In this document: positions 37,345-47,192 of the stretch, piece by piece
Numbering within the stretch: the first letter of the stretch is position 1
Layout of the letters: each line of letters opens with the position of its first letter
Origin: an uncultured Candidatus Rokubacteria bacterium
GTDB lineage: Bacteria > Methylomirabilota > Methylomirabilia > Rokubacteriales > DASRDR01
DNA: 64,000 nt
Assembly (NCBI GenBank): GCA_963805625.1
Contig: CAWDVE010000021.1
Span: forward strand, 320,001-384,000
Direction: 5' to 3'
Position numbers and translations under genes: made by a program
The notes under the pieces: model-generated
Told to the model about the DNA's origin: nothing
The model's database searches: none
The model's input: the letters and a program-made list of their open reading frames with translations, nothing else

Positions 37345-38472
37345 ATGATCAGCGTCGCCGCCCACCGCATCAAGCAGTACGGCATCGAATTCTACCAGGC
37401 CTCCTTCTCGGCCCGCGAGATCGACCGACTCGTCAAGTTCGAGGTCCTGGGCTACAGCGGGCTCCCCGAGGACAAGTCCAAGCGCCGCGTTGCCCGGACG
37501 CGGGTAAACTGGGAGATCCTCGAGAGCCGGATCGGTGAGACCTCGGATGCCTACCAGCGCCCCGTGATCCGCCGCAAGATCGAGGAGCTGGTCGCCTACT
37601 TCCGGGACTGCCGGGAGGCCGGGAAGCTCCCCGCCATCCCCGGCGCCGTCATCATCACTTCCGACAAGCGCCTCAGTTTTCGGCCCGTGCCCCACCACCC
37701 GGACCTCGGCTTTCTCGAGATCCCCGAGGAGGCGGGCGTGCTCCGCGTCCTGGACGGCCAGCACCGGCTGCTCGCCCTCCACGCGCTCGCGGCCGAGGGC
37801 GACCTCCGGGGGCTCGACGTGCCTGCCGTCCTCTTCGACACGCTCGACGCCCAGCAGATCGTGGAGCTATTCGTCACGATCAACGCCAAGCACACGCGGC
37901 TCAACCCGTCGCACCTCGTGAGCCTGGCCGGGCGGAAGCTCTATCCGGACGAGACCCAGGCGCTCGCGCACGACATCATCCGGGGGCTCAACGAGGACGA
38001 GACCTCTCCCCTCCAGGGCGAGATCAAGATGCTCGGGATCGGCCGCGGCCGCGTCGCGCAGGCGCCGCTCGCCGAGGAGATCGTGGACCTGGTCGAGAGC
38101 GTCGAGAAGATGGGCGGGCGCGGCCGGGCGAAGGAGCTCCGCGAGGCGGGGCGTCGCTTCTTCCTGAACTACGTGAAGGCGCTCGCCCAAACCTTCCCGC
38201 ACGCGTGGGCCGGCCGCAAGTACTCGATCAAGACCGGGACGGCGCTCCGCGCCTTCATCCGCGTCGTCCCGGACGTGATGGCGCAGGCGCGCGAGCTCCG
38301 GGGCGACCCGTACGAGCTGCGCGCCATCCGGGAGGCCCTCCGCCCCTGGGCCGAGCGGCTCGGCGACCGGCGCTTTCTGACCGAGGGCGAGTGGCGACAG
38401 AAGCTCGCCGGCGGCACGCGAGGGACCGTCGAGACCCTCGCCCGCGAGCTCCGCGACGCCCTCCGGGTCTAG
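37345..38472 (+). CDS. DGQHR domain protein (DndB/ParB-related)
   Basis: YQRP...IPGAVII...VLDGQHRLLAL...LFVTIN. Confidence 0.9.
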   Translation: MISVAAHRIKQYGIEFYQASFSAREIDRLVKFEVLGYSGLPEDKSKRRVARTRVNWEILESRIGETSDAYQRPVIRRKIEELVAYFRDCREAGKLPAIPGAVIITSDKRLSFRPVPHHPDLGFLEIPEEAGVLRVLDGQHRLLALHALAAEGDLRGLDVPAVLFDTLDAQQIVELFVTINAKHTRLNPSHLVSLAGRKLYPDETQALAHDIIRGLNEDETSPLQGEIKMLGIGRGRVAQAPLAEEIVDLVESVEKMGGRGRAKELREAGRRFFLNYVKALAQTFPHAWAGRKYSIKTGTALRAFIRVVPDVMAQARELRGDPYELRAIREALRPWAERLGDRRFLTEGEWRQKLAGGTRGTVETLARELRDALRV

Positions 38473-38562
38473 TCCCGCTCCCGCTTCCTCGGACGACGCA
38501 GGCGCCGCATCGGGCGGAGCGTCAGCCCGCGCCGCGCGGCCCGGCCTCGTGGCGCGCGCCCG

Positions 38563-39054
38563 CTAGCTGCCCGCGCCGGCGGCCGGCCAGGGGAAGTTCG
38601 CCGCCACGATCTCGAGCTCGCGCGCCCCGCCGGGCGCCTGCACCTTCACCTCGTCGCCCACCTCTTTGCCGATCAGCGTCCGGGCGATGGGCGAGAGGAT
38701 CGAGATGCGCCCGAGCGCGGGGTCGGCCTCGTCGGAGCCGACGATCTGGTAGCGCATCTCCTTGCCGTCGGGGGCGCGCAGCCTGACCGTCGACCCGAAG
38801 GTGATGCGCGTGCCGTCCTTCGGCGGCTCGATGACCTCGGCCCCGCTCAGCTTGGCCTCGAGCTCCCGGATCCGCCCCTCGATGAATCCCTGCCGCTCCT
38901 TGGCGGCATGATACTCGGCGTTCTCGGAGAGGTCGCCGTGCGCCCGCGCCTCGGCGATGGCCTTGATGATGCTGTGGCGCTCGACGCGCTTGAGCTGGTC
39001 GAGCTCCTGCTGGAGGCGGGTGTGCCCTGCTCGGGTCATCGGGGTCCGTGGCAT
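38563..39054 (-). CDS. greA: Transcription elongation factor GreA
   Basis: ARAHGDLSENAEYHAAKE; ISILSPIARTLIGK. Confidence 0.97.
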   Translation of the reverse strand: MPRTPMTRAGHTRLQQELDQLKRVERHSIIKAIAEARAHGDLSENAEYHAAKERQGFIEGRIRELEAKLSGAEVIEPPKDGTRITFGSTVRLRAPDGKEMRYQIVGSDEADPALGRISILSPIARTLIGKEVGDEVKVQAPGGARELEIVAANFPWPAAGAGS

Positions 39055-39147
39055 GGGTCGTTCCCTCGCGCGCGGAGCGTCGGCAGCGCCGGCGGGCGCC
39101 GCCCGAGCGGCCATTGTACTACCCCCCTGGTACAATGAACGCCTCCC

Positions 39148-40536
39148 GTGGCGCCCACACCCAGGCCCCCCCGCTACTCCGCCTCCCGCGCGCCCATCGC
39201 CGCCGTCCTGTTCTTCGGACTCGGGGGGCTCCTGCTTCCGTGCGGCGCGGGGGCGCAGCCGCGCGCGCCCGGGCCGGCGAAGGGCGGCGCCACCCCGGCC
39301 GAGCCCGCGCCTCTCCGCGTCACGACTGCCCTCGTCGAGGGCCGCACGGTCCAGCGGAGCATCGATACGGTCGGGAGCCTCCTCGCGTGGGAGGAAGCCG
39401 TCGCCCGCTCGCAGCTCTCGGGCACGGTCGTCCGGCTCCACGTGGACCTCGGGGACGCCGTTCGGGAAGGCCAGCCGCTCGCGGATCTGGACCGTCGCGA
39501 GGCGGACCTCACGATCGACCAGCTCCAGGCGGATCTGAGCGCGGCCCGCGAGAACTTCGCGCGGGCGCGGTCGGCGGCGGACGCGAGCCGTGCCAACCTC
39601 GAGCGGGTGCGGGACAGTCGCCGGGCCCTCGCGGCCGACGTCGAGCGGGCCCGCGCCGACGCCGAGTGGAAGCGCCGCGAGCTCGAGCGGAACCAGGAGC
39701 TTCTGGCCAAGGAGCTGATCGCGGCGCGCGATGTCGACCAGGCGCGCGCGCAGTCCCAGGCCGCCGAGGCCGTCGTCCAGATGGCCGAGACCTCGCTCGG
39801 CCAGCACGCAGATCAGGTGCGGACCGCCGAGTCTCAGCTCGAGGCGGATCTCGGCGCCATCAAGGCCGCCGAGGCGCTGGTCCGCCAGCGGGAGGCGGCC
39901 GTCGAGCTCGGGCGGAAGCGCCTCACCGACACGGTCGTCCCGGCCCCGCTCACGGGGGTCGTGGCCAAGCGCCACGTCTCCGTGGGCGAGTTCGTCAAGG
40001 ACAACACCCCGCTCTTCACGGTGGTCGCTACCGACCCGTTGAAGTACACGGGCACCGTCGCGGAGCGCGCCGCGCCCGAGATCCGCGCCGGCCAGGAGGT
40101 GCGCCTCACGGTCGACGCCTTCGGCGCCCGCGCCTTCCCCGGGCAGGTGACGCGCGTCGCCCCCGTGGTGGACGTGCCCACGCGCACGCTCGCCCTCGAG
40201 GCGCGCGTGCCGAACGGCCAGGGTCTCCTGCGGCCCGGATTCTTCGCGCGGGGCGCCGTCCACGTCCGCCGCGAGAGCCGGGTGCCGTTCGTCCCCGCCG
40301 AGGCCCTCGCCTACACCGTCGGGATCAGCAAGGTGTTCGTGGTGGCGAACGGCCGGGCGCAGGAGCGCCTGGTCAAGGCCGGCCTCCGCGAGGCCGGCTG
40401 GGTCGAGATCCTGGACGGGGTCAAGCCCGGCGAGACGGTTGCCACCTCCGGGCTCGGCCAGCTCTACGACGGCGCGCCGGTCGCGCCCGCGGTCCCCGCC
40501 TCCGGACCGGCCGCGGGGCGGGCCGCGAAGCCGTAG
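39148..40536 (+). CDS. RND efflux periplasmic adaptor (MFP)
   Basis: VDLGDAVREGQPLA, long coiled coil, APLTGVV, DVPTRTL, LRPGFFA. Confidence 0.92.
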   Translation: MAPTPRPPRYSASRAPIAAVLFFGLGGLLLPCGAGAQPRAPGPAKGGATPAEPAPLRVTTALVEGRTVQRSIDTVGSLLAWEEAVARSQLSGTVVRLHVDLGDAVREGQPLADLDRREADLTIDQLQADLSAARENFARARSAADASRANLERVRDSRRALAADVERARADAEWKRRELERNQELLAKELIAARDVDQARAQSQAAEAVVQMAETSLGQHADQVRTAESQLEADLGAIKAAEALVRQREAAVELGRKRLTDTVVPAPLTGVVAKRHVSVGEFVKDNTPLFTVVATDPLKYTGTVAERAAPEIRAGQEVRLTVDAFGARAFPGQVTRVAPVVDVPTRTLALEARVPNGQGLLRPGFFARGAVHVRRESRVPFVPAEALAYTVGISKVFVVANGRAQERLVKAGLREAGWVEILDGVKPGETVATSGLGQLYDGAPVAPAVPASGPAAGRAAKP

Positions 40537-40540
40537 CGCC

Positions 40541-40675
40541 GTGTCGCTCGTCGATCTCTGCCTCCGCCGGTCCGTCTTCGCGACGATGCTCGTCGTCGCC
40601 CTCGTGGTGCTGGGGCTCGCCTCCTACCGAGACCTCGGCCTCGAGGCGGGATTGAACGGCCAGCGGGAGACATGA
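40541..40675 (+). pseudogene. AcrB-type RND transporter stub (first ~35 codons)
   Basis: VSLVDLCLRRSVFATMLVVALVVLGLASYRDLG, then an early stop. Confidence 0.8.
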
Positions 40676-41277
40676 CGCCCCCGAGCCGGCGCGAGGCGCT
40701 CGCCGCGCTCGCCGCCCTCACCCTCGGGCTCCGGCCCACGCGGCCGAGCTGGGCCCAGCCGGTCCCGCCACCCCCGACGCAGCCCAAGCCCCCCCGGTCG
40801 CCGGCCGCCCCCAGCCCTTCCGCGGCCCCCGCTCAACCCGCTGCGCCCGCTCAGCCCAGAGTGCCCGCTCTGCCGGCAACGCCGACGGCGGACCCGCGCC
40901 CCGGCACCCCAGCTCCGCCGGCCGTGGTCGAGGAAATCCGCGCCACGCTCGCCCGCGCCGTGGAGCGCTTCGAGGCGCGAGACGCGGAGGGCGTTCTCGC
41001 AAACGTGTCCGAGGAGTACTGGACCGGCCCCCTGGGGAAGCCCGCCGTCCGGGCCCAGCTCCTCACGATCCTCCAGGTCCACCAGCAGGTGCGCGCGCGC
41101 GTCCAGCTCGACGAGGTGCGGCTGGTCGGCGCGCATGCCTGGGTCTGGACGACCGGTGACATGAGCGGCCAGCTCGCGCTCGTCGGGCAGTGGATGCGGC
41201 TCTTCGTCTGGGAGCGGGAGCTCGAGGTCGCGCGGCGCGAGCAGGGCGTCTGGCGCCTCTACGGCTACCAGCAATAG
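40672..41277 (+). CDS. Tat-exported protein with Pro-rich linker and NTF2/SnoaL-like domain
   Basis: SRREAL signal; Pro/Ala linker; FEARDAEGVLANVSEEY...EQGVWRL. Confidence 0.7.
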   Translation: MTPPSRREALAALAALTLGLRPTRPSWAQPVPPPPTQPKPPRSPAAPSPSAAPAQPAAPAQPRVPALPATPTADPRPGTPAPPAVVEEIRATLARAVERFEARDAEGVLANVSEEYWTGPLGKPAVRAQLLTILQVHQQVRARVQLDEVRLVGAHAWVWTTGDMSGQLALVGQWMRLFVWERELEVARREQGVWRLYGYQQ

Positions 41278-41323
41278 GAGGCGATCCAGCGCGAGGCGCG
41301 GCGGCGCGCCGCGGGGCCGCCGG

Positions 41324-41731
41324 CTAGTCGAAGCCCCAGGCGTAGATGCGCCGGGGCGTGATCTCGACCACGACCGAATCCCGGTCGCCCAGCGTCGCCT
41401 CGCGGGCGTACTGCGGGTACTTCGCGTAGAGCCGCCGGCGGATCCGGCGGAACGTCGGGTTCCGCGCGTGCACCGCGGCGGAGCCCTGCACCACAACACC
41501 CCGGAGACCCTTCCAGGCCTCGGTGTAGTCGTCCGCGCTCACGGCGATCTGTGGGTTCGTCCGGAGATTCTCGAGCTTCCGCCCGGTCTTCCCGGACGCG
41601 AAGTAGAGCCGGCCCCGCTCCACGACCAGGCACACGGGCACGACGTGCGGGCCGCCGCGCGAATCGGCGGTCGCCACGTGGGCCACGCGCTGGAGCGCGA
41701 GGAAGTCGGCGTAGGCGCGGCGGAGCCGCAT
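41324..41731 (-). CDS. Pyridoxamine 5'-phosphate oxidase-like flavin/F420-binding protein
   Basis: VAHVAT...PHVVPV...KLENLRTNPQIA...GVVVQG. Confidence 0.88.
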   Translation of the reverse strand: MRLRRAYADFLALQRVAHVATADSRGGPHVVPVCLVVERGRLYFASGKTGRKLENLRTNPQIAVSADDYTEAWKGLRGVVVQGSAAVHARNPTFRRIRRRLYAKYPQYAREATLGDRDSVVVEITPRRIYAWGFD

Positions 41732-41747
41732 TGTCGGCGGCCCGGGC

Positions 41748-43658
41748 CTAACTGTCGGAGAGGAGGCCGCGGTTGACCTCGATCTTCGCGCCCGCGCGGG
41801 CCGCGGCCAGCCACGCCTGCCAGAGCCGCGCCCGCTTCTCGCGAAGAAGCCGCGTCTCGAGGGCGGCCCGCGCCGGCTCGAAGCCCGCCGGATCCGGCCG
41901 TTCGCGCGCGAGGAGCTTCACCACGTAGAAGCCGCCCGGGCCCTCGACCGGCCCGCCGATGCCGCCCTCGCCGAGGGTGAGCGCGACGGGGCTCAGAACC
42001 TGCCCCAGCGCCCGGTCGCCGAGGGGCTCGGCCCGGGAAAGCGGCCCCACCTCGCTGTAGGTGACGTTCCCCTGGCGCGCGAGCGCCCGCGGGTCCTCGC
42101 CCTTTCGGGCCGCCTCCGCGAGCTTCTCGGCCCGCCCCTTCGCCTCGTCGAGCGCCTTCTGGCGGCGAACCGCGCGCAGCACGTCCTGGCGCGCCTCGTC
42201 GAGCGGCAGGAGCCGCGCGGGCTCGATGCCGACGAGCCGGAAGATGACGAGCCCCTCCGGGACGCGGACGGGACTGCTCACGCCGTCGGGAGGCAAGGCG
42301 AAGATGGCGTCGCTCGCCTCGGCCACGCGGCCGACGCCCTCGACCGGGTCCCCCCGGCGGAGCGGTCCCGCTTCCCGGACCGTGAGGCCGAGCCGGCGCG
42401 CCTCCGTCGCGAAATCGGGCGCGACTAGGAGCGCCCGCTGGGCCTCCTGCGCCCGGTCCCGGTGAGCCTTCAACTGCCCCTCGGCGGCGAGCGTCGCTCG
42501 GAGGGTCGGGGCCACCTCCTTCAGCTCCTTCCGCGAGCCCGGCACGACCTCGAACACCTTGAGGATGTGGTAGCCAAAGGGGCTCCGGACTGGCCCGCCG
42601 AGTTCGCCGGACTTCAGGCTCTGGATCGCCTTGTCGACCTCGGGCACGAGCTCGCCCGCGCCGATTAGGCCCAGGTCGCCGCCGCGGCTGGCCGTCGACG
42701 GGTCCTCTGACGTCTCCTTCGCCACCTGGGCGAAATCGGCGCCGCCGCGGATCCTGGCGAGCGTCGTCTCGGCCCGGGCCTTGGCCTGGTCCTCGGCCGC
42801 GCTGCCGCCGACCGCGGGCACCTTGATGAGGATGTGCGAGACCTTCGTGCGGGCCGGCTGCTCGAACTGGCTGCGGCGGGCCTTGTACGCTGCCTCGACG
42901 TCGGCATCGGTGACGGCCGGCGCCGGCACGCTCGCGGCCGGCAGGATCGCTGCCAGGGCGCGCCGGCGCTCCGGCTGGGTGAACTCCGCGGGGTGCGCCT
43001 TGTAGTAGGCGTCAAGCTCGGCGTCGGTCGCCGAGAGCCCCTCGCCGCCGCCGACCGCGACCAGGACGTAGCCCGCGCGCACGCGGCTCCGGTCGGCCTC
43101 CCAGGCCTGGCGCGCCTCGGTCTCGGAGATTTTGGCGCCCTCGGCGATGAGGGTCTGCAGGCGCTGCCGCACCAGTTCCGCCCGGAGTTCGGTCTCGAAA
43201 TCGCCGGGGGTCATCGGGGGCTGGGTCATCGCGAGGAGCCGCACGTAACGGTCGCGGGAGAAGCGCCCGCCCTCCTGGAACGCGCTGATGCGCGTGATCT
43301 GCTCGACGAGCTCGGCGTCGGAGACCGTGATGCCCTCGCGGGCCGCCCCCTGGGCGACGAGCCGCTCGTCGATCAGGCGCTCGACCACCTGCTCGCGGAG
43401 GCGCAGCATCCGGGGCAGATCCTCCGTCCAGCGGTCGCCCGCCCTCTGCCGGGTCTGCTCCACCGCCGCGCGGTACGCGCGGTCAAAGGTCACGGCGGAG
43501 ACCGTCTCCCCGTCCACCGTCACGACCGCGGCCCCGCCGCCGCCCCCGCCGCCCGAGTCCCGCTGGGTCCCGAAGTACGCGAGGCTCACGACGAACGCGA
43601 TCAGCACCGCGGCGAGCAGATACGGCGCGACTCGCCGCATCCAGGTCATCATGGCCAT
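41748..43658 (-). CDS. ppiD: PpiD/SurA-family membrane-anchored parvulin PPIase
   Basis: N-terminal TM and SurA-N domain; VSHILIK...FAQVAKETSED...GGDLG...SPFGYHIL. Confidence 0.88.
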   Translation of the reverse strand: MAMMTWMRRVAPYLLAAVLIAFVVSLAYFGTQRDSGGGGGGGAAVVTVDGETVSAVTFDRAYRAAVEQTRQRAGDRWTEDLPRMLRLREQVVERLIDERLVAQGAAREGITVSDAELVEQITRISAFQEGGRFSRDRYVRLLAMTQPPMTPGDFETELRAELVRQRLQTLIAEGAKISETEARQAWEADRSRVRAGYVLVAVGGGEGLSATDAELDAYYKAHPAEFTQPERRRALAAILPAASVPAPAVTDADVEAAYKARRSQFEQPARTKVSHILIKVPAVGGSAAEDQAKARAETTLARIRGGADFAQVAKETSEDPSTASRGGDLGLIGAGELVPEVDKAIQSLKSGELGGPVRSPFGYHILKVFEVVPGSRKELKEVAPTLRATLAAEGQLKAHRDRAQEAQRALLVAPDFATEARRLGLTVREAGPLRRGDPVEGVGRVAEASDAIFALPPDGVSSPVRVPEGLVIFRLVGIEPARLLPLDEARQDVLRAVRRQKALDEAKGRAEKLAEAARKGEDPRALARQGNVTYSEVGPLSRAEPLGDRALGQVLSPVALTLGEGGIGGPVEGPGGFYVVKLLARERPDPAGFEPARAALETRLLREKRARLWQAWLAAARAGAKIEVNRGLLSDS

Positions 43659-43722
43659 AGGGGGATTAGCCTACCACACGGCTCCAGCCGGGCCGGCGCA
43701 TCGCCCCGGGGCCGAGCGGAGC

Positions 43723-45081
43723 CTAGTGGAGCCCGAAGTACAGCAGGAACGCGGCGGCCGCGACGTACAGGAGCGGGTGGACGGCGCGCGCCCGCCCCCG
43801 GACGAGCTTGATGACGACGTAGCTCACGAAGCCCGCGCCGATCCCGTTCGTGATCGAGTACGAGAACGGCATGATCGTCATGGTGAGGAGCGCCGGAAAG
43901 CCCTCCTCCAGGTCCGAGAACGGAATCTCCCGGACGAGCGCGCACATGAGGTAGCCCACCACGATGAGCGCCGGCGCCGTGGCCTCCGGGGGCACGATCC
44001 CCGCCAGCGGCGCGACGAAGAGCGCGAGCGCGAAGCAGCCGGCCACGACGACCGAGGTGAGCCCGGTCCGGCCGCCCGCCGCCACGCCCGCCGCGGACTC
44101 GATGTAGGTGGTCGCGGAGGACGCGCTCGCCGCCCCGCCGGCGGCGGCGGCCAGAGAGTCGACCAGCAGCACTCGATTCATGCGTGGCAGGCGTCCCGCC
44201 TTGTCGAGCCACCGCGCCTCGGCCCCGATCCCGATCACGGTGCCCATCGTGTCGAAGAAATCCGACAGCATGATCGAGAAGATCGCCAGACAGGCAGCGA
44301 GGACGCCCAGCCGGGCAAAGACCTCGAAGTTGATGCCTGCGCCGAGCGTCGAGAAGTCCGGCCAGGCCACGACCGAGGTCGGCACCACGGCCACCCCCGG
44401 GATCGTCCACACGCCCCCCCCGTGGAGCGTGTTGACGAAGGTCGCCAGGATGGTCGTGCCGAGGATCCCGAGGATCAGCGCCGCGCGAACACCGCGCGCC
44501 AGGAAGAGCAGGGTCAGGAACAGGCCCGCCACGGCGACCAGGACCTTCGGACTCGTCAGGGCCCCGAGCGTCACCGGGATGCCCTGGCCGGGCCGGACGA
44601 GGCCGCCGTTCACCAGGCCGATGAAGAGGATGAAGAGGCCGATCCCGACCGAAATGGCTCGCTTCAGCGCGAGGGGGATGGCGTTCACCACCGCCTCCCG
44701 CACACCGACCAGCACGAGGACGGTGATGGCGACGCCTTCGAGGAAGATCACGCCCATCGCGGCCGGCCACGGGAGCTTCTGGGCGGCGATCAGCTGGAAG
44801 GCCACCACGGCGTTCAGCCCCATCCCGGACGCGACGGCCAGCGGGTAGTTCGTGACGAGCCCCATCGCCGCCGTGGCGAGGGCGGCAACCAGGCACGTGG
44901 CCGCGAGGGTGGGCGCGAACGGGACGCCCTGGGCCTGGAGCGGCGGGATGCCGGCAAAGGACAGGATCGCCGGGTTCACGAAGATGATGTAGGCCATGAC
45001 CATGAACGTCGTGAGGCCCGCTACGACCTCGGTGCCGACGGTCGTGCCGTGCTCCTGCAGCCTGAAGTAGCTCTCGAGCAT
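43723..45081 (-). CDS. NCS2/AzgA-family purine permease
   Basis: EVVAGLTTFMVMAYIIFVNP; GMGLNA; DFFDTMGT; YIESAAGV..GGRTGL. Confidence 0.95.
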   Translation of the reverse strand: MLESYFRLQEHGTTVGTEVVAGLTTFMVMAYIIFVNPAILSFAGIPPLQAQGVPFAPTLAATCLVAALATAAMGLVTNYPLAVASGMGLNAVVAFQLIAAQKLPWPAAMGVIFLEGVAITVLVLVGVREAVVNAIPLALKRAISVGIGLFILFIGLVNGGLVRPGQGIPVTLGALTSPKVLVAVAGLFLTLLFLARGVRAALILGILGTTILATFVNTLHGGGVWTIPGVAVVPTSVVAWPDFSTLGAGINFEVFARLGVLAACLAIFSIMLSDFFDTMGTVIGIGAEARWLDKAGRLPRMNRVLLVDSLAAAAGGAASASSATTYIESAAGVAAGGRTGLTSVVVAGCFALALFVAPLAGIVPPEATAPALIVVGYLMCALVREIPFSDLEEGFPALLTMTIMPFSYSITNGIGAGFVSYVVIKLVRGRARAVHPLLYVAAAAFLLYFGLH

Positions 45082-45953
45082 CACGCCCCCTCCAGGTCGG
45101 AGCGCTCTGCCTGGTCGGCGTCGGCGGGCGCGCCGGGCGGGGGCGGCCCCGAGCTGCCGCCGGCGTCCGGCTGGACCCGGCGGGCCAGGGTGAGAAAGCC
45201 GGTGTGCGCGACCATGCGGTGGGCCGGCCGGACGGAGGGGCCGGCGATGTTCCAGGGTCGGAGAAGAGTCTCGAACGTCTCGGCGAGCGCGAACGCCGGG
45301 TGCGCGACGAGCGCCTCGTGGACGCGCTGGGACTGGGGGATAGTGGGGACGTAGGCGCAGAAGATGCCGCCCGGGCGGACGGCCACGGCCGCCGACTCCA
45401 CCAGCCGCCACGGCTCGGGCAGGTCCAGCACGAGCCGGTCCACCTCGCGCTCCTCGATCCCGAGGTAGATGTCCTGCGGCCGGACCGTCAGGGGGACGGC
45501 CGGGCCCAGCCGCGCCTCGATGTTCCGCTGGGCGCGGCGGGCGAACTCCTCGCGCATCTCGTAGGAGATGACGCGGCCCGTGGGGCCCACCAGCCGCAGG
45601 AGGACGAGCGTCAGCGCCCCCGAGCCCAGGCCGGCCTCGACGACCGTCTGGCCGGGGCCGATGTCCGCGAAGAGCGCGATCATCGCGAGGTCCTTCGGGT
45701 AGATGATCTGGGCGCCCCGCGGCATCTCGAGCACGTACTCGGCGAGCGTCGGGCGCAGCGCGAGATACCGGGCCCCGCGGGTCGTCACGGCCACCACGCC
45801 CTCGGGCAGGCCCACCAGGGTGTGGTGCGAGATGAAGCCGCGGTCGGAGTGGAACGCCTGGCCCAGGCGGAGGGTCACCAGGTGACGCTTGCCGCGACGG
45901 AGGTCGACGAGAAGGACCACCTCCCCCGCGCGGAGCAGCGTCTCGTCGCCCAT
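45081..45953 (-). CDS. trmI: tRNA (adenine-58-N1)-methyltransferase
   Basis: MPRGAQIIYPKD; EAGLGSGALT; LDLPEPW; MVAHTGFL. Confidence 0.93.
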   Translation of the reverse strand: MGDETLLRAGEVVLLVDLRRGKRHLVTLRLGQAFHSDRGFISHHTLVGLPEGVVAVTTRGARYLALRPTLAEYVLEMPRGAQIIYPKDLAMIALFADIGPGQTVVEAGLGSGALTLVLLRLVGPTGRVISYEMREEFARRAQRNIEARLGPAVPLTVRPQDIYLGIEEREVDRLVLDLPEPWRLVESAAVAVRPGGIFCAYVPTIPQSQRVHEALVAHPAFALAETFETLLRPWNIAGPSVRPAHRMVAHTGFLTLARRVQPDAGGSSGPPPPGAPADADQAERSDLEGA

Positions 45954-45961
45954 GGTGCCGC

Positions 45962-47131
45962 TCAGGCGAAGGCGTCCAGCCCCGTCAGGTCCCGCCCGAT
46001 GATCAGCGTGTGGACGTCGTGGGTGCCCTCGTAGGTGATCACCGTCTCGAGGTTCAGGAGGTGCCGGATGATCGGGTGCTCGTCGACGATCCCCGCCGCG
46101 CCCAGGATGTCGCGGGCCATCCGCGCCGTCTCGAGCGCCATCGACACGTTGTTCATCTTGGCCATCGACACCTGCTGGGGCCGGGCGCCGGCGCCGTCCT
46201 TGAGGCGCCCGAGCTGAAGGCACAGTAGCTGCGCCTTCGTGATCTCCGTGACCATCCACACGAGCTTCCGCTGGACGAGCTGGAACCCGGCGATGGGCTT
46301 GCCGAACTGGACGCGCGTCTTCCCGTACTGGAGCGCCCAGTCGTAGCAGGCCTGGGCGGCGCCGACGGCGCCCCAGGCGATCCCGTAGCGGGCCTGGGAC
46401 AGGCAGGCGAGCGGCGCCCCGAGGCCCTTGGCGCCGGGGAGCCGGTTCGCGAGCGGGATGCGGCAGTCCTGGAAGGAGAGCTCCGAGGTGATCGAGGCCC
46501 GCATCGAGAACTTGCCGTGGATGTCGAGGGCGCCGAAGCCCGGGGTGCCGCGCTCGACCAGGTAGCCGCCGATCTCGCCCGACTCGTCCTTGGCCCACAC
46601 GACGGCGACGTCGGCGATCGAGCCGTTCGTGATCCAGAGCTTGGTGCCGTTGAGGACGTAGTGGTCCCCCCGCCGGACGGCGCGGGTCGCCATCCCGCTC
46701 GGGTCGGACCCGTGGTCGGGCTCGGTCAGCCCGAAGCAGCCGATCGCCCCGCCCCGCTGGAGCTCCGGCAGCCACCGGTCCTTCTGCGCGTCGGACCCGA
46801 AGCGATGGATGGGGTACATGACGAGCCCGCTCTGCACCGAGGCGAAGGAGCGGAGTCCCGAGTCCCCGCGCTCGAGCTCCTGCATGATCAGCCCGTAGGC
46901 CACATTCGACAGGCCCGCGCACCCGTAGCCCTTGAGGCTCGCGCCGAAGATGCCGAGCTCGCCCAGCTGCGGCACGACCGTCACGGGGAAGGTGCCGGCC
47001 CGGTGATGCTCGGTAACGAGCGGCAGGAACTCGGCCTCGACCCAGTCCCGAATGGCGTCGCGCACCATCCGCTCCTCGTCCGAGAGCAGGGCCTCGACGC
47101 CATAGTAGTCCACGCCGCGGAACTTCTCCAT
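45962..47131 (-). CDS. gcdH: Glutaryl-CoA dehydrogenase-like acyl-CoA dehydrogenase
   Basis: ELERGDSGLRS; CFGLTEPDHGSDP; TYEGTHDVH. Confidence 0.88.
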   Translation of the reverse strand: MEKFRGVDYYGVEALLSDEERMVRDAIRDWVEAEFLPLVTEHHRAGTFPVTVVPQLGELGIFGASLKGYGCAGLSNVAYGLIMQELERGDSGLRSFASVQSGLVMYPIHRFGSDAQKDRWLPELQRGGAIGCFGLTEPDHGSDPSGMATRAVRRGDHYVLNGTKLWITNGSIADVAVVWAKDESGEIGGYLVERGTPGFGALDIHGKFSMRASITSELSFQDCRIPLANRLPGAKGLGAPLACLSQARYGIAWGAVGAAQACYDWALQYGKTRVQFGKPIAGFQLVQRKLVWMVTEITKAQLLCLQLGRLKDGAGARPQQVSMAKMNNVSMALETARMARDILGAAGIVDEHPIIRHLLNLETVITYEGTHDVHTLIIGRDLTGLDAFA

Positions 47132-47192
47132 TCCGTCCTCTCCTTGGCGTCCGTCCGGCGGCCGCTGGGGCCGCCCCTCCGGAGTCTCGGCT

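Noticed and set aside
37345-38472. Dnd phosphorothioation system
   Set aside because: Only the DGQHR gene is present, with no dndA/C/D/E in the window.
38563-40263. Apparent long N-terminal fusions on GreA, TrmI, Fur, the HD protein and GT4s in the ORF track
   Set aside because: The extensions are stop-poor alternative or antisense frames of neighbouring genes; true starts are internal.
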